A stretch of 63,189 nucleotides of DNA, counting the filler, from Craspedostauros australis (taxonomy: Eukaryota): NCBI GenBank assembly GCA_030167865.1. It is 9 parts of 9 records of this genome, joined end to end, with 100 filler letters (N's around TTAATTAATTAA, not from the genome) between each part and the next. Parts side by side here need not be neighbours in the genome. Positions count along the whole stretch, not along the records: positions 48,595 to 51,281 come from JALAGF010004577.1; positions 51,382 to 56,508 come from JALAGF010004578.1; positions 56,609 to 58,165 come from JALAGF010004581.1; positions 58,266 to 63,189 come from JALAGF010004582.1; 5 more parts are not named here. The stretch is one strand, 5' to 3'. The notes under the pieces are model-generated. The model was not told where the DNA came from and did no database searches. It was given only the letters and a program-made list of their open reading frames with translations. Below, piece by piece: positions 48,495-61,439 of this stretch. Within the stretch, counting starts at the first letter, position 1. Each line of letters begins with the position of its first letter. Both the position numbers and the translations under genes were made by a program.

Positions 48495-51429
48495 NNNNNN
48501 NNNNNNNNNNNNNNNNNNNNNNNNNNNNNNNNNNNNNNTTAATTAATTAANNNNNNNNNNNNNNNNNNNNNNNNNNNNNNNNNNNNNNNNNNNNGCAGTC
48601 TCAACATGCTGGCACGTCACGAGCTACCATCAGCGAGTTTAGAACTGTGTTGTATTCGCCTGCTCCCTTGCTGCCATCTCCTGTACCTGCCATCAGGCCA
48701 TCGGGAACGGTGTCAACTAACGCAACGAGCGGCACTTGGAGCGCGCGACTTTTGAATACCTATTGCACCATTCCGACCACCGTGTCTTGCAGCTTGCATA
48801 TAATCTGACATCCTTGCAATCTCGCCACGCCATTATGTAAAGTAAACATGCCTATGATCGCATTCAATTTTGCGTCAATAACAAGCAATCAAAGGCCTTC
48901 TGTGCCTTTCTGAGGGTGGCGTAACAAAGGAAGACTTGTATGATGTCAATATCGGAGTAGTTGTTGACAATAGTGTGGGAAAGTAGCCTGTGGTGCAATC
49001 TGAACGAATGGGCGACCACTTTGCCATCAAACTATATGTAGCACAGTCGCTCTCGAAGGGCGATTGGCAATACCTCGGGATCGCCACCATGGTTCAAGCG
49101 AATGAATATACTCTTTCGAGTATAGTACTCTGCCAAAGTTGACGTACGTGTACGATCTATCCGAGGTGAGCCTCAGTGTTGCTGTTTCCCCATTGTGGTA
49201 TTACTGTTTGCGTCATCGAATAGATCGTACGCACTCTACGCACTCTGACATCAACTTCGCTTTCCTTTTGTTCAGCCAACACCTTCCTGACTGAACCTCT
49301 CCAGAATGGGAGCGACTGGAATGATGGAAATCGTGTGAGGGTGCAATCAGTTAGAGCTCTTTGGGTATACTATACGATCTACTCGACTCAGTAGCTGTCC
49401 ACTCGAGAGTATTCTATTCGACTTCATTTTGTAGAAGTCTAATAGTTGCTGTGTGTGGTTGAGGCTGTGATGACTGTATTGGGGCCAATTCGTGGAGTCC
49501 GAGAATTTGTGGCGAGGCACTTCTTGATGCAAAATTGGCGATCCATCTCAGTGTCCGATGCGATCTGGCGAGGACACGAAGTCACTCAATTTCTTTGTTT
49601 GCACCACACGCGTGTGTCAAAGACCGATTTGTTTCTCACCATTCCCAGAGCCCGTATTGCAAGAGTCTACTACTCCATCCGCTGCCAGCCGAAACAAGCA
49701 TCGAGTGTCCGGCGATCAACAGCACCCAGGATGCTTCTCTTCAAACATGTGTGTACTTAGTGACGCAAGCAAGGATGCGATTATGAGCAGGTGTCAGTCG
49801 TCCCCTCCACTCCGTTCAGATCGCTTGTAATACGTTGCTTGTGGAGATATTACATGATGCGCCCTACTATATGTAGTCTGTAGAATGCGTACTGTAGAAT
49901 GCATACTATGGAANANCGTCTAGAAGCTCAGAGTCCTCNGNAGAAAANGCNATGCTGGCGAGGCGCTCCCAACCAGTAAAGTACGCGTAGAGAATGCAAC
50001 AAGCAGCTTGTTGCGTCAGCACACGAGTGGACGGAGACGGCAGTACGGTGCGGGCATGGTACAGATTGGATGCATGAACACAAGGAAGCACAAACGACCT
50101 CGGGTCGTGCAAAATCTGTTTCGCTCCCTGATGTGGCGCTGATGATGCAATGTGGACGGTGCAACGGGCAATGAATAGAACAAGAAGAGGGGAAGTAGAG
50201 ATCCGGGGACGGTTTTTGGTACTTGCTTGGTTTTTGGCATGCTTTCTGGAATCTGAACGGCTGTGATTTGCATCAACACTCGTCCAATACCACGTACCAC
50301 GCAGTGCGCGATATGACCATGCATTCTCTGCCATCAGCATCGCTACAATGCAATCCGCAGATGCACGTGATGGTCCTTCTCACCACGCTGATTCGAATAT
50401 ATCTGGTCCGGTTCACAAGAGGGCGAATGCTGCATTCTCGCTCACACCATGGCAAGTGGCATTAAGCAACATGTTGTATCATCGAAATAGGGGCTGGAGC
50501 AAGGCGGCCGTTGGATTCATCCTCACTTAATGATGCAATTCTAAATACGACCATGCGCAGGACTCGATGATATCTTGCAGCCGCCGTACCGATCCCTGAG
50601 GAGAAGATGAATTGTACACAAGTGTTTTGATGCAGAGGCAAGATGCGATCATGGATGTGTGTCGACGGGCACACAAGAAATTGGAATGTGAGCGTGGATG
50701 GATGGATGCGTGCATGGATGGATGGATGGATGGATGGAGATGCAGCAACACTTCACGGTGCTTCCATCCATGCAGCCCATGAAAGGTGGCAGACGAGCTC
50801 AAACTTTCCACGAGGCTGCTGGCGGATTCAACCACGAAAGCATCACTGACGATTGCATGATATAATGCACCACTCATCATCTGGTGTTTGTCGGTTGTTC
50901 CCCACGCACATCTGGGTGTTCGGGCGACATCATCCCTTGATCAATGACAGCACGAAGTTAGACAACGTCAGCCGAATGCAACATGAGCACATTCAGATTG
51001 AGAGGAATGCAGAGGCATCCGCGAACATGACCGTGGATTTGATCTGCATCGAGCAACTCGACCGTGGACAGCCACGATGGTGATGCTGAGAGAATTGGCG
51101 GACGCAAGAACAGGCCAATGAGCGGGCCAACGTATCGGTGAAATGGCGCCAAGCTCTCCAACAAGGCGCGCGGCCTCTCGAAACACCTCTTCTCTTGATC
51201 ACGGTCACTCTTCTCTACACTGACAATGCTGCCTTCGTCCAACCGCTAATGCAGCAGAGAAGCAGGATCGTGGTCTGCGTGNNNNNNNNNNNNNNNNNNN
51301 NNNNNNNNNNNNNNNNNNNNNNNNNTTAATTAATTAANNNNNNNNNNNNNNNNNNNNNNNNNNNNNNNNNNNNNNNNNNNNAGGACTGGACTGATCGTGC
51401 CAGAACCCCATGTTCTGACCAAGTGTGAT

Positions 51430-51782
51430 TGTCGGTGAGCATGTGAGAGGAGTGAGTGAACAACACGGAAGAGTGTACCGAATGAGTGATGGATGCCTGA
51501 TGAGAAGAGAATGAATCAAGGATCAACATGCATGCACCTCAGGAGTGTAGACGGATATCTCAACAGATGAGCATGGTGAAATGCACTTGTCATGAGCTAT
51601 GAAATGGAGATGACAGAGAGAGATTGTAATGATGATTATGAGGGGGCAACTACAGGAGGCCACCAGCATCATCATGGGCAAACGAGTTGATGATTTGAGA
51701 AATGAGTGTGTTGTTCTCACAGTTCTAAAACGGTACAGTTTAATAAGCATTAGACTATATCTATAACCCCGGATTTCCAACA
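51430..51782 (-). repeat. Candidate LTR (353 bp) of a second element nested in the RNase H of the neighbouring copia
   Basis: Ends TGTCGG...CCAACA. RNase H similarity stops abruptly at ITFGNN exactly where it begins. On the minus strand it is followed after 8 nt by TGGTCAGAAC (PBS-like). Confidence 0.6.
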
Positions 51783-54700
51783 CATTGTTGTTGCCGAACG
51801 TGATCGTTGGTGCTTTGACTGTGACTCCCAGAGATCGGAGTGCGTATCGGAGTGCAATGATTTCCTCGGTAGCCAAGCGCATTGCATTGAATTCTGCTCT
51901 GTATGTTGATGTTGCGACTGATGTCTGGCGTTTGCTGGAGAAGTGTACTGGGGTGCGCCCCAGGAAGATGATGATGCCGGTGTTCGATCTCCACGTGACC
52001 AGATCATGTGCATGGTCCGCATCGACGAATGCGCACATCTGGATCCCAGGATATATCGCTGCCGGCGCCTGGTCATCAATATCCTCGGCCGCTTCGGGGT
52101 ACTCTTCCTTCATCTGTGCAACCATCTCTGGGTTGTGCGATTCTGGATTGGAGTTCTCGAATGCGATGGGCTTTGAGTCGATCATGGTTCTGAGCGTTGA
52201 TTTGTTCTTGAGGTATCCCCATATCTTAAGCGCTCGTGTGAGATGCCCTTTCCGTGGTGTCGACGTGAAACGCAAGAGAGAAGAGGTTGCAAATGCGACG
52301 TCGAAACGTCCGAGCTGTACAACCCAGTTCAGCATGCCAATGAGCTGCTGGAACTGTTGCTGCTCGTCAGGTGTTAGTAGTGGTGTATCATCCGTTTCCG
52401 GGTGATCCTTGCTCTTCATGGGTACATGTTGGTCATGCAGTTCCCCATGGAGCCATTCGATCTTGTCCAGAGCATTGGAAATGTATTTGTTGCATCCGAC
52501 GCTCCATTTTCCTTTTGCGTTCCTGGAATAATCGTTGCCAAGATAGTACTTCGGTGGTCCAATGTCTTTGACTGTGTAGACTTGTTGGATCGCTTTCATG
52601 TACTGATCTGGGTCTTTGGCGACTATCTTGAAGTCGTCCACGTGGGTGCAGATGTAATCGTAGCCAGAGTCGTCTCTTCGCTGGATCCATACATCTTGAT
52701 CATGCCGTGATGGCGTGAATCCCATCGATGAGAGAGTGTTAGCGAAGTGTGCATGGAATCGTTGAGCGCTCAACCGAAGACCGTACAGTGCTTTCTTGAG
52801 CACAATGACTTGTCCTTCTTTGTCGTCGAATGCCTTTCCTGCTGTTGCGTAGATCTTCTCATTGGTGTACGCATTAACAAATGCATTGCCGACGTCGCCA
52901 CATAGCTGTTGCAGGTTGTTGGCATCTGCAATCGCATCAAGGATGCGGACGCTTGTCGACTTGACGGTTGATGAGTAGACTCGGATGTTATCCGCCAGCT
53001 CGATGAGATGCCCGCCTGCTACCAAGCGCCCCTTACGTCGCAGATCTTGCTTGACCGCGAATATGAGTCAGAGTTTCGTGCTCTGGTAGTCTGCTGGTGG
53101 TTGGTATGTCGATGGGTGGAATGTGAAGCAGTCGAGTTCGATCAATGCGTCGATCTCTTTCTTTGCCACGTCTCTCCATTGGTGATCCCCATTGGCTTCA
53201 TCCAGTTGCAATGCATGTTTCATGTTGCGTGGGACCTCGACACCATATTGGTATACGGTGGCGAAGTAGTCTCGTTTTGGCTTCTTCTTGCCTGGACGGA
53301 TTCGTCTGATGATGATGATGATGTTGTCATTGTCATCCGTTGTGAAGACTCGAGTTTGTTCGATTCTTCGGATTCTGCGCCTGATGGCTCGCAGAGCATG
53401 TTTCGCCCACTTGAGTAGGACTTGCGATTGTCGATTGTGTCGACCGTTGCGTCGTGGCTCGTTGTCGATGATGTACCGCGCTACCATTTCGGGATGGTCA
53501 GCTCGGATCACGTCGTAGCGGAACCATTGCGTTTCAATGTTGGACCATTGTATGTTGAAGTGTAGATGTCCGTCTCTGAATGCGTGGCTGAGGATTGATT
53601 AGATTGCCAAGTCGTCAGATTTCTCGTTTTCGACCTGATTTCGGAACAGCTCGTCATGCTCTCTCTCGATGAGAGAGGACTCACGCCCCTGAGAGCGGTG
53701 CTCCGGAGGATCTGGCATCGCCGTGACGTCGGAGTCATCGGCCTCCTCAGAGATGTTACCCGTGGATGCGTCGCCGTCGTCATCCGAGATGACGCCGTGT
53801 GCATTATGTTCCGGCCTGTCGCCGTCGTTGGGAATTATGTTGGGTTGACCAAACCATCGGTCAGCCGTGCCAGCTGGCGTATTATTAGCGGACACGCCCC
53901 TGACCTCCTGCGTCTCCGGCTCCGGTGGATCCGCCGCCGCCCCTGATTGCACAGCAATCGCGTCGATGGCCTCGCGGACCTGTCGAGCGAGCTCCGCCGG
54001 CAATGTCTTGGTTCTGGCGCGTTCGCCGGACTCGCCGCGCGTAGTGGTGTGGACGATGTCAAGTTGAGCGATGCGGTTGATCTCCGCGTCTGTGATGCGT
54101 GGAGGAACGGCATCCTCGATGACACGCGGCTTGACGATGTTGCGCACAAGCGCGGTGCCCTTCATGATGTCGTCGCCCCGTGGCGACCAGATGTTGTAGG
54201 TGAATGGATCGCCGTGGTTCCACGCGATGCCAAGGAAGTATCCTGGCTTGAATGGATGATTGGGAAATTTGGTCATGGGTTCGAAGAACCATATGGGTTG
54301 GAAGAACGTGAAACGAAACATCGAGATGTCGGGAGTGTTGCCACGAAGAATCTCGATCGGAGTCCGCCATTGAAGGCTTGCCTTCGCCGTGTAGTTCCAT
54401 GCGTCGATGGCGTGTTGCACAGCGTAGCACCAGAATGAGAGTGGCACCGAGGCCGCCCACAGTAGTTGGTATGCATGCCGCTTGACATCACCGATCGCCC
54501 GTTCTGCGTGGTTCTGATTCTGATTCATCGGCACGGTGAACTGATGCTTGATGAGATACCGTGTCGTCACCGCATTCCATGCCTTGCCCGATTGCACTTG
54601 CGAATTGTCGGATACGAGTAGATCCGGAGCGCCGACGCGGACGATGAAGTCCGTGAGCGCCCCTGGCGCCATGGCCTCGCGGCTCAGTGGCTTCGCCCAA

Positions 54701-56450
54701 ATGAATTTCGATTGGCTGTGCGAGAAGAGCTGAAAGCATTTGTAATGCCGGATGGACTGAATCGTAGAGAAGAACGTGTCCGTGTCGACTCTGCCATTGA
54801 CTCTTGTGGGTTGCAGCACTCCTGCTCGCTGTGCTCGATACTGCCGCGGGATAAGCCTTGACTCTGCCTCGATCGGAGTATCCGCCAGCTGAGTGGATGC
54901 CGCCATTGTCTTCTCCACCACGTGTGGTGGAAGGTGTCGGAAGATTCGCTTGAAATCGATTCGACCCGCGTTGCGTCGTAGACGCTGATGTCTGTCGCAT
55001 ATGATAATATGCCGTGCCGTCGCCATCTCGTGGGCTGTTGGCTTTCTGATGGGAATTCGGAGCGTGTTGCCGTCATGGTTGTCCAGTGGAATGCTGATTT
55101 CGTCCGATGAGACCCGCTGCTGTCCCTGATGTTCAATTAGGCGATCGTAAACGTTCAGTCCGGACGCGCGCATATGATGTGTGTTAAACAGTGATTCCGT
55201 CTGCTGTGGATGCTTGTCGAGAGCCACGTAGTTCGCTTTGATGAGGATCACGCCGCCTGATGGGGGCTCGTATGCTGCCACCGCGTCNNNNNNNNNNNNN
55301 NNNNNNNNNNNNNNNNNNNNNGTCGCCCCTCGGGCACGAAACTCTTGTTGGTGTGTGTGGGTCACCTCCCAGCCCGACGCATGAACGATGTCTCCGTCCG
55401 CCCCTGAGTCTAGGATGATAAAGCCTTGGCTATTGGTCGTTACTCTTGCCCTTCGGATGCAGTGCTCCACTGTCGGGTGGGTTGTGCACGGACGGGACTC
55501 TTGTGGTACCTCCGGACGTGCACGTCCGGGCATTCCCGCTGCGGTCGTCACGCTCGCCTCCCTACAGTCGCGGGGTTTGAGGTGGATGACAATCTCCGAC
55601 TGACAGCGAGTTGTGCCCGTCTTTGATTGTCAAGAACCGGCGTTCCATGGTCCTTGGGTGCCGGGTCGTCCGGTCTTGTGGTCGCCCTCGCTGGGTCATT
55701 GGCAACTCGAGGTTGCGCGCGTACTCTGTTGGCTTGTTGCGCTTGAGGGTGTCCTCATCAATTGGTTTCCCGGTGGTGCGGAAGTGACGAGACGCTTCGA
55801 CGAGGAGCACTTGAGTGCTCACCGGCATGCGACGGAAGATGGAGTCCGGCAACCAAACGATGCGGTGCCCTTGCGATCCCACTTGGAGGATTCGCATGGC
55901 CTCTTGCGGTCGTCCTTGGTGTCCTTCTGCTGGTAGCGACGGTTGCGCTTGGGAGAGTAGTGTCCTTCCGACTTCGTGAGGAGCGCGTCATGTTGCATGA
56001 ACGCCTCACGGATTGCGTTGAAGGATTGTTCTGTGTTACGGAATCTGGACATCTCGCTTGTGAAGCGATCGTCAGTGATGTTGCGAAAGAACTTCGCGAT
56101 CTTCTGCTGGTCGGTCATCTGCCTTCCGTTCTGCTCCATGACACGAGTTAGGATTCGAGCGTAGGCGTCGCGAATCGGTGGAGAATGCCTCGTGAATCTG
56201 CCGGCTTCGGGATAGCCGTGTGATGCAGTTCAAGAGAGGTGTGCTGTTTGAAGAGTTATAACTTGTAACGATGAGAAGTAGAGTGCTTTGTAGCTAATCC
56301 TTGTCTGTTATTATGAGTAAGCTTATTGGTGTTAGTAGGGTGAAGAAACGATGCCACACAACTAGGCGAGACCCTGCACTGATGCACTTGATTCAGTGCA
56401 ACAGAGTAGACAGTCAATACAGTGCCTTGCTCTCCGCACATGTAGTTACA
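51783..56450 (-). mobile_element. Near full-length degenerate Ty1/copia element (LTR, gag remnant, PR, INT, chromo-like domain, RT, RNase H)
   Basis: IILDSGADG, DTDTFFS, LVSDNS, QNQNHAERAI, RKGRLVAGGH, GDVGNAFV, LKKALYGL, YICTHVDDF, FVDADHAHD, SKRQTSV...AEF. In-frame stops at 53599-53601 and 53068-53070; gag frameshifted. Confidence 0.93.
56264..56450 (-). repeat. 5' LTR (187 bp) of the minus-strand copia element
   Basis: Perfect terminal inverted 6-mers TGTAAC...GTTACA, immediately followed on the minus strand by PBS-like AGTTATAACTC. Confidence 0.7.
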
Positions 56451-56904
56451 CTGCAGTGTAGGTCATGACAATCAGTGATGACGGTCATGAAGCAGTGGCT
56501 GTGGCTGANNNNNNNNNNNNNNNNNNNNNNNNNNNNNNNNNNNNNNNNNNNNTTAATTAATTAANNNNNNNNNNNNNNNNNNNNNNNNNNNNNNNNNNNN
56601 NNNNNNNNTGACATGTGCGCGGCGCAGAGCAGACCAAAAAATCAGGAATGGAAAGCGTGCACACAATAGGCGCATTGGAGGAGTACGACTTTTGGAGCTT
56701 GTGGGAACACCTGTCATTCACTCCTTCATTCTTTTCCATTTGTATTCTCACTTCATGTCATGCTCACAATTGAATCAATGTCCGATTGGTTGGCATGATA
56801 TGATATGATACGAACTGCGCCCATTCTGTGGTACTGCTCGCACACACTCTCATCCCAAATGATGGACTCCACTCCAACCATGTGTCTGAATTGCTGCAAT
56901 ATCG

Positions 56905-57526
56905 TCTCGCTGGAGGGCGCGGTGCGCGAAAAGCGCACCAAACCACCCGAAGACTTCATCGCAGTTGCTGAGGATTTGATTTGGTCGAAAAAATGAAAAG
57001 CCAAAACATTGGCCATCCGCGGCGGATCCGGCGGAGGATTGGTGGTGCGGATGCTTTCGTGATGCTCCTGAACTGTTCGGCCAGTGCATTGCACAGTCGA
57101 TCCATGACATGAAGCGGTCCAGAGATCTTCAGTCGGATGGCACACCCGGTTGGACGAGCGAATTTGGTGATCCGGAGACGTCCGATTGGAGATGTTCCTG
57201 GGGTAGACCTCGCTGTATCACAACATCAAATAGGATCAAAAATGTCCACCAATCCTATTCTCTGCCGCACGAACGATGATCGGATACACCCAGCGCATAC
57301 GTGCAAGATGGTGAAGAAGCTGTGGAGCCTGGTTCAGGGAAAGCAATGGCTGTCATAATACGATGAGAGTGTGGAGGGCGGGAATGGTCTGGCTGCAACG
57401 CCGACGCAGAACGCCTTCATGACCGTGCTGGCGTATGATTTCATGTTCAAGACGTCGTCAAAGAAGGCCGAGAAGTCAGCTGACGAGAAATGGGCTGGGT
57501 TTGGATTGATGCACGCTTTGTTCTAA
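56905..57526 (+). pseudogene. Prolyl oligopeptidase (S9A) catalytic-domain pseudogene
   Basis: Across frameshifts and stops: EDFIAVAEDLI, LAIRGGSGGGL (GGSNGG), PELFG, WTSEFGDP, SLYHNI, NDDRIHPAH.CKM, ESVEGGNG (ENxEGGHG), QNAFMTVLAYDF. Confidence 0.85.
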
Positions 57527-57799
57527 TCGTGTACCATACCATACATAGCAAGCACATGTGCGAATTGAGTAGATGCACGACGATGGAGGTTCCATAGTGC
57601 ATGTCTAGATCGCAGCAACCAATAACATTAGAACCACTCTATACATACCAACAACAGCTTCCTCCCGTAATCCCTGTGAACACGCAGCTACTGCTGTTGA
57701 TATCGCCATGCTGCGAGTTGATAGTATCAATGTTACATAGACTATTGTATTACAGACTCCATTAAAATACTGGTAGCATACTTGCAGTGGTCATCAGGA

Positions 57800-58165
57800 T
57801 CAATCATCGGAAGGTAGCAGATTGCCATCAATCACATCAGCGTCCTGCCCGTCATATGGGCGATCATCCAGAACCTGCTCTTCGTGCGCTTCTTCGCTTT
57901 GAGTGTTCTCCTTGGATGCCATGATCCGCAGTTCCTGCATCTCGTTCAGGCACTCTTCGCACTCCTCGTCATCCAAGTAGCCATTGTTCTCGAGGTATCT
58001 CTCCGCTCGACCGTCAGGAGCTGCCAGGAAGCATTTCAGGTACGTGATGTCCACCTTGATCCTCTGCTCCCAATCAAGCAAGAAAGGCCCGGCCATCAGC
58101 TCTTCGTGAAGCACATGAGCGCTCCTCCTCGTGTCTGGGTTCCTGCAAGCAATCGCAGCATCGCA
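57800..58165 (-). CDS. C-terminal fragment of a hypothetical protein, 5' truncated by scaffold end
   Basis: The frame is open from the gap to the stop at 57800, with an acidic protein-like tail. Confidence 0.4.
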   Translation of the reverse strand, partial: CDAAIACRNPDTRRSAHVLHEELMAGPFLLDWEQRIKVDITYLKCFLAAPDGRAERYLENNGYLDDEECEECLNEMQELRIMASKENTQSEEAHEEQVLDDRPYDGQDADVIDGNLLPSDD

Positions 58166-61100
58166 NNNNNNNNNNNNNNNNNNNNNNNNNNNNNNNNNNN
58201 NNNNNNNNNTTAATTAATTAANNNNNNNNNNNNNNNNNNNNNNNNNNNNNNNNNNNNNNNNNNNNAAGTGGAGGGCAAGAGTTTTTTGGTGGGTGGCGGC
58301 GGACACACCACGTGACTTCGCTCGTGATGGGTGCCATTGGCAAGTCACCAAAATCGCAAAGCCACCCATACAAGATGTGTTCGGAATCAACTCAAGATGA
58401 CCAGGGCGGAGCCTTCTCCACGGATACGGTCTGTAAGAGGCTGCAAGGTGGGATGCACACAAAATGGGTTTTTTTGGGTATCGCAAAAACTCCATGGTGA
58501 CATCAGCACATGGAGGTGTACCTTTGGAGGTACGAACTCCCAACCCATTCTGAACACATCAGTGTGTCGCCANAGAATGTGGGAANGCATGAGGGGCATG
58601 TGGAGGAGCTGCAAGGATCGTATCGACGAGATACGGATCCAAATCCGAATGGCATCAGCATCGAAATCGTGTTTTCAAAATTTCTGCTTTTCAGTGCAGG
58701 GACAGTTCGGAGTATGAGATGCGGCTATCCGTGGAGAAGCTTCATGAGGTGGATAGATGGGGGGTATCCGGAGCCAATGTGATGCGCAGATTGCGAAAAT
58801 GCTAGGGATGATAATGATGATCATGGGTGCTGAAGGTAGGGCAGCATGGTGCCATCGAGAATTTTTGCCACCCACCACCTGACTGACAGCAAGCCAAAAC
58901 GACATTAAAAATAAAGTTCATACAAATTTAACTTCGGTATTCAGAATCAATGATAGCCACGCGTCCGAATTCACTGTCTAGTTTTAATTTTAAATGGTGT
59001 GGTGTCGAGATATAACATCATAAGCAGTTGTTTGGATGGTTTTGGGTGTGCTCTATTTTAGTCTACTTTATCACGACTCATCACGAGTAAAACTCAAAAA
59101 ACACTCCACAACTAGTGCTATCGCGACACCGTTTTACATTGAGTGCAGGTCGTAGATGTGGGAGAGCAAAGTGTAGCCGAGTGCAGGGTACAAATGCTCT
59201 GCTCTGGAACTCTTCTCTGTCACCACACGTGTTATACACCTTTGTGCCTGACCTTGGTTGTTGTCGTCTAATACGGGCTACTATACTACTCTGTGTGCTT
59301 GTATTCTCTGAGAGTACCGCGCGCGTATGGTAACAATACTCTCTAGACTGACGGTATGGGGTTGTATGTATGGTCTGTTTGCCTGAGAAATAGAGGGGTT
59401 CGAGTGGCTATTTTTTGGCATGGCCGGCGACCCTAGCCAATCAAATGGCTTAGACTTTATCATTGCTACGAGCAAGCCATCCCATTGAAGGGTGAATTGA
59501 GGGGAGTTTGGGTCAATTTTCCCAAGCTTTGTTGCGCTTGGGGTTCTCATTTGGAACCATGTGACGCAGACGATCTGTTCCCTGTCGGATCGATTCTCGT
59601 TGTGAACGCTGGCAGAGGCGGTGGGATTGCGCGGTTGGTTTCGCACGAGGGATTGTGGAACTTTGACACTTTCTCAGAAATCACGTATTGAGCAAATAAA
59701 CTGCAATTATTTACGTGCAGTATCTCCGTTTGAGTATCTCTACGTGACAAACTGCATTGTCGTAACTGAACGACGATTCCGACCGATACATTCATGATAT
59801 CGTTGCGATGGTACTATCGTATGCTCAGTATTGTTGTCGTTTAGTACTAGTATTACCGCAATAGTACCAAGACATACGCAACATTGACAAAATTGTTTTC
59901 TACAAAATCCCAACAAAACAAGGACAGAAGTGTTCCTTTGATGTGAACGGCGACACAGCAGTTGGCTGTTGAGATACTTCTGTCGGTAGCATCCGTTTTG
60001 GTATCATGTCGTCGGCTGTGACTTTGTGAACACAGTTGTGAGTGAGATTCTGGGTCTTTGTGTGACACCAGAAAACAACAACAACAACAGCAACAACATC
60101 GGCATCAAGATTAACAATGGCATCGGTGCTGTCGCCAAGTACAACTACCCACAGGTCTGTGTTAGCTATCAGTATGAGCTCACGCTACAAATGTACACAA
60201 TACTTGGCACACCGGTCATATGCAACATGCGCACATCACAGCAAACCAATAACAAAAATGACAATGCTGATTACAATGGCATAAACACGCTGCTGTTTGT
60301 CACAGTCACCACTGTGACCTGCAATATGGGTTGAATTCAGGATTGCAGTTTTGGCAACTTCACTGATGGGGCATCTGCTTTGGTGGTGGGCATGCCATAT
60401 TGGCCGCAGCACAGGACCCACCCACCCATCTATTCATCCATGAAGATCATCNATCCTTGTACCAGTTCTGGCGTTGGNATCCAGGTTGGGATCTTTCCTC
60501 TACATTCAATGGGCAGAGATCCTTTGAGAAGCGTATGATTGTTGGCGTTGGAAAGAGTGTTGGAGCAATGTTGTGGTGGCCTTGCGCAAGCAACAGGAAG
60601 CCTTGACACCATTGGACTCCATTCAACCTCAAGCATCCAGCTGTGTCGAGATGTACATGCGTGCATATGTCAAGATGTACGTGTATATGTGCATCGTTCA
60701 CCTGTTATTCTCTTATTCATGTACGGACGGTACAACTACATTCGTGTCATTTGTATACTGTGATTTGTCAGAATTACAGTGGAAATGGAACACACGAAAA
60801 TGAGCAGATTTTCTGGAGGAAATTTGCAATCAACGATTTCTGAGAGAATCAGGAACATCATCCGTCCATCCATCAATGGAAACATATGGTATCGAGCGAA
60901 GCTCGATGTACCTCCCAACTAAGCCCCAGATGATGATATCATCTGAAAGACCACAGCATCACCAATGGAACGTGACATCTGGAGGAACAGGAAGACGACA
61001 GCTGACATAGACAGGATGTCATTGTGTCACCATGTCAACATCTGTCTCCATGTCAGAAGCAGAAGGTGAAGATTTGATGACCAAAGGGCATCAAGATCAT

Positions 61101-61439
61101 GGATACACTAGATGGAGTTCAAGTGGCAAGCACTCGTGGAGTAGAAGTCAGTAGTGAACAAATGGAGCGTCGAATGTGGAGTATGCATTGAACACGGAGT
61201 ATCATGTAGCATGAGCATGCAACATTGAGAAGAGAGAGAATACGAATAGTAGCGAGAGAGCATCTCGCGTACCAACTCATAGTCGGAGACCAATCTACAA
61301 AACACGGAGACGCGCCAAGAGCATTGGGCAAGAGAACGGAGACACAAAGAGCATCGGAGTGCTCAAGGAATGAAATAGCAAACAGAATGACTATCAACCA
61401 ACACCGTCTTCCACGATTGCAAGTTATCCGTCCACGGAA

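Noticed and set aside
48595..51281. Possible decayed LRR-like gene fragments
   Set aside because: Too fragmented to assign.
30752..58221. Repeated TTAATTAATTAA motif flanked by Ns, and apparent gene neighbourhoods across it
   Set aside because: Artificial six-frame-stop linker. Segments on either side are not biologically adjacent, so no clustering was inferred across spacers.
59990..61100. TG/CA-rich region with fragmentary ORFs
   Set aside because: Probably an old repeat remnant, but no diagnostic motif was found.
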